In this document: positions 50,631 through 60,917 of the stretch, in pieces
Layout of the letters: each line of letters begins with the position of its first letter
Position numbering within the stretch: position 1 is the first letter of the stretch
NCBI GenBank assembly: GCA_002104905.1
Contig: MCFE01000157.1
Coordinates: 62,001 to 126,000, forward strand
DNA: 64,000 nt
Direction of reading: 5' to 3'
From: Basidiobolus meristosporus CBS 931.73
Lineage: Eukaryota > Fungi > Basidiobolomycota
Notes under the pieces: generated by a model
The model's database searches: none
Told to the model about the DNA's origin: nothing
What the model saw: only the letters and a program-made list of their open reading frames with translations
Position numbers and translations under genes: made by a program

Positions 50631-51437
50631 ATGGCTACCACTACCGAATTCGTCAGTGCCGAGCAGAAATCCTTCTACGACAACGAAGGCTACATCATCC
50701 TCAAGGACTACCTCACTCCTGAAGAGACTGTCCTGGTGGCCAGTGCCATCCAGGAGATCAGGGAATGGCCCGAGACAAAGGGGAAGTGGATGCGCTACTA
50801 TGAGAACAACGTGAAGACCGGGGAGCGTCAGCTGTGCCGCATCGAGAACTTCACCCCGTTCCACGAGGCGCTTCGCAACATCATTCTTGGTGAGAAGGTG
50901 ATGACCGCGCTGGAGGTGTTGACAGGAGAGCCAGCGGTGCTGTTCAAAGAGAAGATCAACTTCAAGATGCCAGGCGGAGGTGGGTTCCCAGCCCACCAGG
51001 ATGCTCCAGCATTCACCCAGTTCGGGCAATCTTCCCATGTCACAGTGATGTTTGGGGTGGACCCGTTCACCATCGAGAATGGATGTCTGTGGGCTGTCCC
51101 CAAGAAGCACAAGCTTGGGGTGCTACCACAAGAGGAAAAGGATGGGTCCATCTCTGTGGAGTGGTGTGAGAAGGAGGAATGGGTTCCCCTCACCTGTGGA
51201 CCACGGGATGTGCTGATTTTCGGAGCCTACCTGCCACACAGGTCAGGGCCCAACAACACTGAGAAGAACCGGACAGCAGTGTATCTCACCTACAACGCAG
51301 CCCGGGAAGGAGACCTCCGTAACACGTACTACGATGAGAAGAGACGTCTGTTCCCACCAGCCTACGAGCGCGAGCAGGGCATCGACTACTCACAAGGTGG
51401 AAAGACATACAACCTTGCCACACCAATTGTGGACTGA
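50631..51437 (+). CDS. phnY: PhnY*-like Fe/2OG dioxygenase, copy 2; 268 aa, intronless
   Basis: Two amino-acid differences from copy 1 (positions 5 and 8); same catalytic motifs. Confidence 0.8.
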   Translation: MATTTEFVSAEQKSFYDNEGYIILKDYLTPEETVLVASAIQEIREWPETKGKWMRYYENNVKTGERQLCRIENFTPFHEALRNIILGEKVMTALEVLTGEPAVLFKEKINFKMPGGGGFPAHQDAPAFTQFGQSSHVTVMFGVDPFTIENGCLWAVPKKHKLGVLPQEEKDGSISVEWCEKEEWVPLTCGPRDVLIFGAYLPHRSGPNNTEKNRTAVYLTYNAAREGDLRNTYYDEKRRLFPPAYEREQGIDYSQGGKTYNLATPIVD

Positions 51438-51749
51438 TTAAAATTGTTGATTAATATCAATGAGTACTCATTATCATTAGAAATAAAGAGAAACTATCCC
51501 ACGACCCTCAATAATGAAAACGATTTAAATAGTGTAAAGGTGAGAACGATGCCAGTACTAAAAAAGAGAATTTATGAGGAATGGCATTTTCCAAACTGAA
51601 CGTCATGGAGAATCGGGCGCATCTATTTCTTTTGGTAATCATCGCACGAGGATCCGGTTGACTTTTCTCACTATTACATATAAGATTACAGCACGCAATA
51701 TTTGGAGGAATGGTTTTTATTCAAATGTAGGTTATCTAATTAGGGGTTG

Positions 51750-52373
51750 TCATACGTTCAGTGCTGCTTGCTGTCTGAGATGGTTAATGGCTATTTGTCG
51801 GTAGCTTTCCAACCCTGGGACCTTCAAATCAACCACCTTAGCTCCATCATCCCACCTTCTAATCTCGACTTTCTCTTGGTAATAGGGTAGCTTCTCGAAC
51901 TCAGCCACTTCCTCAGCGGTATATGGACCTCCTTGATACTTCAATGACAGCTTACTAGCATCACTGAGTGTGTCATAATAGTCTGGGTACTTCCCGGTTA
52001 AGTAGCGCTTGACTGGTACATGGGCCTCCACTAAAGCGGTCACCTTGTCGGAAAAACCTAGCCGCTTCAAGTATTCTGCGCCAATACGTTCATGGCCATG
52101 AACTCCCACGCTGAATGGCTCTTCGCCCTGATTTAAATCTGCGGCCTCTACCAGCATAGCTTTGGAGGCTGGAGAGCTTACGAACTGACCGATATCATGC
52201 AGCAACGCGGCTAAGATGGTCTCATCGTCGGCTCCGCTCTGCTGAGCAGACGCAGCAGCTTGCAGGGCATGATCCAGTTGAGAGATCGCTTCACCAATGT
52301 ATCCACGCTCACTCCCGTCCTGTAGGCACTGAAAGATACTGTCGATCACCTTAACGTATTTTTCTTCGGTCAT
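51750..52373 (-). CDS. phnZ: HD-domain diiron oxygenase, PhnZ-like; 207 aa, intronless
   Basis: YIGEAISQLDHALQ, LLHDIGQ, HERIGAEYL, HVPVKRYL, SDASKLSLKYQGG and RRWDD match the PhnZ motif series and spacing. Confidence 0.85.
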   Translation of the reverse strand: MTEEKYVKVIDSIFQCLQDGSERGYIGEAISQLDHALQAAASAQQSGADDETILAALLHDIGQFVSSPASKAMLVEAADLNQGEEPFSVGVHGHERIGAEYLKRLGFSDKVTALVEAHVPVKRYLTGKYPDYYDTLSDASKLSLKYQGGPYTAEEVAEFEKLPYYQEKVEIRRWDDGAKVVDLKVPGLESYRQIAINHLRQQAALNV

Positions 52374-53305
52374 TCTCTAGAGCTGTAAATCGTATGGTGG
52401 ATTTGAATGAAATATTATGAAGGAACCCAACACTTATATATGCCACATCACCATTCCCCTGTACTACGTGCTAAACTGGTTTCGGAAATCTCGTACGTCC
52501 AGAGATTGCCATGTAATTGATGGATTCTTTTCAATTTACTTGGCAGATGAATTCCACCCCCAGCCTACAATAGCTGCCCTCACATCCACGTGTAGAGAGC
52601 GTTCATTTCTTTCGCTTGTGCGTTCATTCGAGATGTATGTACAGACGTATTCTGCAACATCGCTCAAGCTGTATTACAATGAGTAATGCTAATTTCGGTC
52701 GGAAAATAGAGCCCAACAAGGTCGAGTCCCAGAAATGGTAACCAACCATCATGATCACGATGCAGTTATTAACGTAAGTTATGCGGGTGTGGTCAATTGA
52801 GATTCATGGCCTGAGCTCTTGACTAGGGTTCATCAGCATAGTTTGATAGCACGAAACCTCATTGCAGATTGGCATCCAAATACCGTTCGAAACTCTACCA
52901 CCGATTGCCATCAAGCGAAACTCCACCACCGAGATAAACAAACAGTGTTGCGAATTCATGTGAGCATCGACAACGTCACTTCCATTGGCCATGGAGAATA
53001 AAAAGGGGGTCATCACCGCGTCATCTTGAGAAAAAATCTAGGATTCGCCTATCGAAGCAGGACCTATTTTAAAATTTATCACCATGCATCACGCACCACA
53101 TCACACCACCACACCACACCACGCCCACCACCCCTTTTCAAGAATTGCACCCGATTTTTGATTCTTGCTAATTAAAGTCCATAGAGAAAAAGCCAAGGTA
53201 TCCTACTATCGACGTACCGTTTGTTGTTTCAAAACCCTTACTGAGCCGAGACTTCCTTTCAACCCAGCACGAGTGAGTCCCATAGGAAAAGTTTTCATAT
53301 CCACC

Positions 53306-56300
53306 ATGTCGGAACAGCGTAATATCTCCCCCGCGGAGGCGATTTCTTCTCCAGATAGAGGGGTGAGTTCTGCAGAGATAGCCCCTTCAAAGGAAGTTGC
53401 CAGTGACACGGTTAGAGGATACAAACTTCTTGCCAACAAAATAGAAAAAAGCGACACGGACGATCGTTCTTACCGCATGATCCAGTTGGACAACGGCCTG
53501 CAGGCCATGCTCATCCACGATCCGGAAACGGATCACGGGAGTGCCGCCTTGGACGTCCACGTTGGACATCTCTCGGACCCCGAGAACCTGCAGGGCTTGG
53601 CGCATTTTTGCGAGCATCTGTTATTCATGGTACATACTTTCGAGACTTCTCACTGCCACCCTTTGGTCACCCTCTAACCGTCCGGAACTTTTCTAGGGCA
53701 CGAAGAAAGTATGTTGCGTTTTGTGGCCTCGTAGGAAAGACCAGGATTTGGTATAACCTTTGTGTGTGTTCTTTAGTATCCAGTCGAAAACGACTACAAC
53801 CAGTATCTGTCGGAGCACGGTGGAGATTCCAACGCTTTCACTTCCCTCGATAACACCAACTACTTCTTCGAGGTCAGGCACGAGCACTTGGAAGGTGCCT
53901 TAGATAGGTAGCTATCTAGCATGATGTCGACAGCAACCCGATTTCCCAACTTAGTTAATTCCCTATGCGCAGGTTCGCCCAGTTCTTCATTTCCCCTCTG
54001 TTCAGCCCTAGCTGTACTGAGCGAGAGATCAAGGCGGTGGACTCTGGTGAGTGGGCCCCAAGCTTTAACGCGAACCACCCCGCACCCGTCTAACCTTCGC
54101 GCCCCATCCAGAGAACAAGAAGAACCTCCAATCGGACAATTGGCGTATCTTCCAACTGGAGAAGAGTCTCTCCAGCCCTCAGCATCCTTACTGTCATTTC
54201 GGAACCGGTAGAAAGATTTATTGGCTGGTTTTCGAAGGAGACCCACTCACATCGCTCCACTTTCGCAGGAAACCTTCAAACTCTGTGGGACGGGCCCATC
54301 GAGCAAGGGCTGGACGTCAGAGACGAGCTACTTAAATTCCATGATAGATATTATTCCTCCAACATAATGAAGCTCGTGGTACTTGGAAGAGGTAAACCGC
54401 AGTTCGCCGCCCGCCAGGACCACCATTCCACTAACTCCCATCCCATTCAGAGTCCCTGGACAAACTCACTGACTGGGTCGTCACCAAATTTTCCCCGATC
54501 GAGAACAAAAACATAGAAGCCCCGGTCTTTCCAGGAAACCCATTAACTCCCCGTGAACTCCAGGTTTCTGGCCAGTAGTAGTTGTAGTCCAGCCCAGGGC
54601 CCCACGCTAACCCGAACTCTCCTCCAGAAACAAGTCAAAATTAGACCCGTGAAAGACCTCCGTACCTTGGAGCTCGCATTTCCTTTCCCGGACCAGTATC
54701 CGTTGTACAAAGTGCAGGTAGGTAGCGTTCTTCTGGCTTGTCGTGCTGAAGGCTGAACTAACAGCCGGTACAGCCGGGTAGGTATTTGTCCCACTTGATT
54801 GGCCACGAGGGCACCGGCTCGATCCTCTCGTTGCTCAAGAAGAAAGGTAAAGGAGATCTGCATGAATCCTCTGTGATGGGATGATCTGACTGATCTGCGT
54901 TAAGGTTGGGCGAACTATTTGTCCGCCGGCGCTTCGCACGGTGGTATTGGGTTCGAGTTTTTCAAAATCAGCGTGGACCTCACCGAGGAAGGCTTAAGTA
55001 AGTGAGAGCCTGGCAGCTGGCAAGAGCGCAGTTTGACTAACAAGTCTCCACTCCACCAGACCACACGGACGAGATCGTTCGCATTATATTCCAATACATC
55101 GAGATGATGAAGAGAGTCGGTGTGCAGGAATGGATCTTCCGCGAGGTTGAGAACCTTGCCTCGATGTCGTTTAGATTCAAGGAGAAAACCCCACCTTCAA
55201 GCTATACCTCGCGGGTGGCTACCCTGATGCAACGCCCATACCCTCCAGAATGGGTGCTCTCCGGACCGTATCTTATTCGCGAATATAACCCCCAATGCAT
55301 CGAAGAATGCCTTGAATGGCTCCGCCCAGACAACTTCAGGTAACGTCTCTCCACAAGCCCCGCCGAACCAACCCTACGAGCTCTAACCCCGAGTCCCTTG
55401 ATCAGAACCTTCTTGATTAGCCAGAGCTTCGACCCCAAGGGAATGGAGGTTGAGAAATGGTATGGAACCAATTACCAGGTGGCCGACTTTTCCGAGGAAT
55501 TCAAAGAGGTAACTAAACAGAGTTAAGCCATGCCTACGGCCACTCATCCCTTTCCCTCCACGCAGGACCTTCGCAAGCTTACCCTGAATGCGGAACTCAA
55601 ATTCCCAAAGCCAAATCCATTCATCCCGACCAACTTCGACACCAATAAGGTCCCCACCAAAGAGCCGATCAAACGCCCCGCACTCATCTGCAACAACGGC
55701 ATCTCCCGGGTGTGGCACAAGAAGGATGATACGTTCTGGGTACCCAAATTGAATATGTGGTTCTTCTTCAAGACCCCGCTGGCGTACGATACGCCATCGA
55801 GCTGCGTCAAGACCAGAATGTTCACCGAGCTCCTGAGGGATTCCCTCACCGAGTACTCGTACGACGCCGAAGTGGCGGGCATCAACTACTCCTTGGAGAA
55901 CGAGACCGAGGGAATCTCCCTGGAAATCGACGGGTACAACGACAAGATCGGCATCCTGCTTGACACGATTGTCCAGCGCATGAAGGCGTTCGAGGTCAAG
56001 CCCGAAAGGTTCGAGATCGTCCGGGAAGAGGTTCGCCGCGGCTTCAAGAACTTCCAGCTCGAGGCCCCCCATCAACACTCCATGTATTATCTGTCGTATG
56101 TTATCCAAGACCGACTTTGGACCCATGACGAGAAGCTGGCCGAGTTGGACGGGCTTACCCTGGCCGATGTGGAGGCATTCGTGCCTCAACTGCTCAGCCA
56201 TCTTCACATCGAATCCCTGATCCACGGAAACATCACCCAGGAGAAGGCCAAGGAAATGGCCCAACGGGTGGAATCCATGCTCCAACCCAAGCCTTTGCTT

Positions 56301-57204
56301 CAATCGCAGCTCATCTCGTCCCGCGAGTCGGTCATGATGAGCGGCGCCAACTACGTACACCAGCGGGATGTCCCCAACGTGGCCAACGTAAACTCCGCCA
56401 TCGAGTATTACTGTCAGGTTTGTGAAAGAGATGAATGAATGTTTGCCGAGAGAACCCCCGAGCTCATGCCCCCCATTTAGGTCGGAAGCACCAAGGATGT
56501 CGTACTCCGCGCTCGCCTCAACCTCTTGGCGAAGATCACCCAAGAACCTTGTTTCGATCAGCTTCGTACCAAGGAGCAGCTGGGCTATTTGGTGTTCAGT
56601 GGAATGAGGAACCACACCACCACCATGGGGATGCGGATCATCCTGCAGAGTGAGAAAGAGCCGATCTACCTGGAAAACCGTATCGAGATCTTCCTCGAGA
56701 AACTTCAGGGGATTCTTGAGAACATGTCGGATCAAGAGTACCAGAAGCATGTGGACTCGCTGATCGCCAAGAAACTGGCGAAGAACAAGAACCTGTGGCA
56801 GGAGAGCCACCGCTACTGGGCCCACATTCACTCCGGGTTCTACGAGTTTGACCAAAGTAAGTCCCCTTCGCATTAACCCACCCAGACCCCCGTGCTCATC
56901 GCTTCCCGCTCATCTAGTTGACACCGATGTCCAAAACCTTCGTAAAGTTCAGAAGGCCGAGCTCTTGGAGTTCTTCAATCAATATGTGCATCCCGCCTCC
57001 ACTCATCGTAAGAAGTTGTCCATTCACTTGAAGGCGCAGAAGGCCCCTACCGGCGCCGCGGCCGTCGACCTGAATCAAGATGGACGGGATCACTCCAAGC
57101 TGACGGATAACAACGAGGTAGTCAGCAACCTTGTGCTGTTCAAGTCCTCCCTGCCCCTGTCCAAAGCAGCCATCCCTATGTGTGAATTACCAGTTCTTGA
57201 GTAA
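53306..57204 (+). CDS. STE23: Insulin-degrading enzyme / Ste23-like M16A metallopeptidase (multi-exon)
   Basis: Inverted zinc motif HFCEH in exon 1 (53306..53629), then [23 protein letters not shown]; many GT..AG introns; stop TAA at 57202..57204. Confidence 0.93.
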
Positions 57205-57828
57205 GGGGATCCCACCCGACCTGGGTAAGGAAATGCCTCGATTTATCCCTTCCCTCCCCTCCCCTCCCCCTTGTTTCGTTGCAACCACTTTATCTCTTAG
57301 TTCGCCCAATAAATATTTATGTGAATTCAATCCGGTGTGCGCTAGGTTTGGGAGAATTGGCATGGAATGAAGGGGTTGGGTTATCTTCCCATGGCGGTTT
57401 GGCGGGGATGCACAGAATGGCTGCGATAACACGGATCAGCACCCGCGCACTCACATATGGGAAGCTCACATCCCCCGGTCCGTAACGCCGGCAATCATCC
57501 TTGGCCAGATCTGAGATAGGCAGCGATTCTGCCACCCAAACGTCACCCGAACGCTGAGATGACATAGCAATTCAACCGAGACATGGAAGAATTTTCATGT
57601 GCAGGGCAGCGGATCAGTCACGAAAATGCCTTAGCTTTCACATCGGCGTGTAACATTGTGTCTTCAATGGTCGTGGGAAATTCGAGCGTCGAAAGATAAC
57701 TGAGTCTATTCTTAATTGAGCAATCGCCGAGACCATTGGGTGCTCGAAGAGCTATAAAATACCAAGTGGGCAATCGTCACTCCATTAGTCTCTATCAGTC
57801 CCCATTAGCCATTCCCTCTCCTCTAATC

Positions 57829-59020
57829 ATGTTCAAGCTTCGACCAGGCATTGGGTAGGTGCTTCGTTTCGATGGTGATCCTGGCCAACTACTGATGTTT
57901 CTTCACAAGCGCCTTATTGGCAAAGACATCCCCGGCACGCATGTCTCCCCTCAGAGCCATCGCCACCTCGGCCGTCTCGTACGGCCACCAGACCCCAGTG
58001 TTATTCCACCCCAAGAAAGGCAGGTAGCGGTTCGTGGCCAGGTCCATTACGAAACTAACCTCTTGATTCAGGTCAAGACCCACACGGGTATTCCGCGGAG
58101 AAGAGTCCGTTAAGCGGGCTGTTGAAGAGGAATGCTTCCTGGTCGGAGAATGTGCACCACTCCGACCCCACCTTCTTCACACGTTCGGCGGAAAAGCAAA
58201 CGCCCAACATCCTCTGGTTAGGTACGGGGCTTCGCTTCGCAACGGAATTCATGATCTTTGGATTGACCCTTGTTTGGCCATGTAGGTTGCTCCGACTCCA
58301 GAGTCACAGCAGAGCAAATTGTGGGAGCAGGTAAGCCAATCAGTATGGAATACCGGGGGACCCACAGATTGACACCTAATCTTAGGCCCGGGTGAACTGT
58401 TCGTCCATCGCAACATCGCCAACCTGTGCGTCCACACCGATCTCAACTGCTTGTCGGTGATCCAGTACGCAGTGGATGTGCTCAAGGTGGAGCATATCAT
58501 TGTATGTGGTATGAATCTTTCTTGGTCATTGTTTGGTCACGCGACTAACCTGGGACTTACAAATCAGGACATTATGGTTGTGGAGGAATAGCCGCTGCCA
58601 TTCAACCAGAGCCATTAGGCCTCATCGATCATTGGCTGGTCAACATCAAGGATGTCTATGCCGCCAACAAGGAAAAATTCGAGAGTAAGCAGGGTTCCTG
58701 ATAAACCATGATGGTCTCCATGTTCTAACCACCTGAACCAATCAGATATCCACGATCAAAAGGAAAAAGAGAATCTGTTGTCCGAATTGAACGTTGGAGA
58801 GACTGTGCGATCCATTTGCCACACTGCGATTGTGCAGAGAGCCTGGAAGCGCGGGCAGAAACTAAGCGTACATGGGTGGATGTATGGCCTGGATGATGGG
58901 CTCATTAGCGAGCTGGGCTGGTGTGTTAGTGGCTCCTCGCAGCTGGAATCAGTCTATGTCTATGAAAATGCCAAACGTGTAAAGCATCCACAGCAGCTAG
59001 TTGGATCCGAGGGAATATAG
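57829..59020 (+). CDS. Beta-class carbonic anhydrase A with N-terminal extension (multi-exon; 5' exon structure ambiguous)
   Basis: [23 protein letters not shown] and [14 protein letters not shown] zinc-ligand motifs; stop TAG at 59018..59020. Confidence 0.88.
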
Positions 59021-59613
59021 ACTTCAGCATCCCTCTTGTGTACCATCTCTGTTCATAACCAAACTTGCATTCAATGTCATCATCGTTGTCTGAAATAAAC
59101 CATTACTGCCGTCGGTATCCGTAGCATCCACCAGGTTTGGTTAACACAACCAATCGTCCACAAGACCAACACAACCAATCGTCCACAAGGCCAACACTAA
59201 ATTCATCCAAGGGAGGTGATAGATGGGTGATAGGTTGAACCAAATATTGGACTGGCTGATTGGATGGTTAGACGCACTACGTGTCAATTGTGAGCGTATG
59301 AGTGTGTATGGAAGTGTGTATGGTTATGTACGATCATTCGATAGTCGTTCTTATCTATTTCCTTCTCCACACGTAATTAAATGCTGTGTTCAGCCAATCG
59401 CCCATTTTGGTAACAGTGTACAGAGATTAACCTAAACCAATCCTTGCCTGACAATTTGGAGTAAATTGGTGGAGCCATCAGACATGTACTTTATATGACC
59501 ACATTTACACTTGACGTGCTTCCGATTGGGCCATTGGGCTATTGGGCCATTCTGACCGACTTTTAAATAAACCTGTCATCTCCATGGCATGAAGCGATTC
59601 ACGAATACCGACA

Positions 59614-60541
59614 ATGACCCACGACAACTCCCTTCAAGGTACGTTGGTGGGAGCTTCTCCCCTGAGAACCATGGCTAACCTCTTCTCCAGACGACAGACT
59701 TGCCGGCATGCTCCAAAGAAACAAGGAGTGGGCAGCCAAGGTTCAGAACGAGCAACCGGAGTTCTTCGCCAATTCTGCCAAGGGACAAAGCCCCAAGATT
59801 CTTTGGATCGGCTGTTCCGACTCTAGAGTCCCCGCCGAGCATATCGTTCAATGTGGTACGTACTGTTAATGCTGTACCGAGTATCATGCCAGACACTTAC
59901 GAGCCCCGCAGCACCCGGTGATCTCTTTGTCCACCGAAATGTCGCCAACCTGTGTCTCCATACCGACATGAACTGTCTCTCTGTGCTTCAGTATGCTGTC
60001 GACGTGCTTAAAGTGGAGCACATCATTGTCTGTGGTGCGTAGCGCATTTGAAAAAATTGTCAGGAAAGCCTCGATGGTGGTTAACGCTCTATTCGACAGG
60101 TCACTATGGGTGTGGAGGTGTGAAGGCGGCCACTGCCAATCAGTTCAACGGTTTAATCGACTCCTGGTTATGCAACATCAAGGATGTCTACAGAGGTACG
60201 TATCTCACAAGCAGCCCACGCATTCGCAGCGCCATTAATAAATTCCCCCAACAGCTAATCAAATGCACCTCGATGCGGTTAAGGATGCCAATGCCAGACA
60301 AGATCTCCTTGTGGAGCTTAACGTAGGCAATACTGTTCACAACGTCTGCCATAGTCCCATAGTGCAAGCCGCTTGGGAACGCCAACAGCCACTCGCGGTG
60401 CATGCTTGGTGTTACGGATTGGAAGATGGCCTAATCCGTGAGCTTGGCCTGGTCATCTCCAAGAAGGACCAAGTTGAAGCCGTGTACAAGATGGAGGTTC
60501 TTGACAAAACCGCCAGCACCAAAGCTAGCGAGGCCAAGTGA
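59614..60541 (+). CDS. Beta-class carbonic anhydrase B (Nce103-like; multi-exon)
   Basis: [38 protein letters not shown]; stop TGA at 60539..60541. Confidence 0.92.
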
Positions 60542-60917
60542 TGCTTCCAACCAACATCAAGCACATTTGTAATTGTATTTCACATTATTCCACATTATTC
60601 CATGCACTCTTTCATCGCATTCCCACCATATCTAATCAGATGCTAATAAAAGTCGGCATTCACCATATCAACCCTCTTGAATCCCTCCTTCGTATCGTTA
60701 TCAGATTTTTTGAGTAGTGACATTCTTATTACTAATCGTGGCATCCGCAATCGCTCGATTTTTTTCTTTTTTTTCGTCGCATCGTAGAGTGAATATGCAT
60801 GTGGTACAGGGTGTCGGCGGTGTGTGATGATTAAAATAGCATTTCGAATCAAGGGTATCCCGCCAAAACCAGTATTCCCTCAACATCGTACTTATTTTTG
60901 AAGTTTTGATATTGGCT

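Noticed and set aside
53165-53305. Longer N-terminus of STE23 suggested by the ORF track
   Set aside because: It starts at a non-ATG codon; the ATG at 53306 has a strong CCACCATG context.
55383-56873. 496-aa minus-strand ORF
   Set aside because: Antisense shadow of GC3-rich STE23 exons; no recognisable motif.
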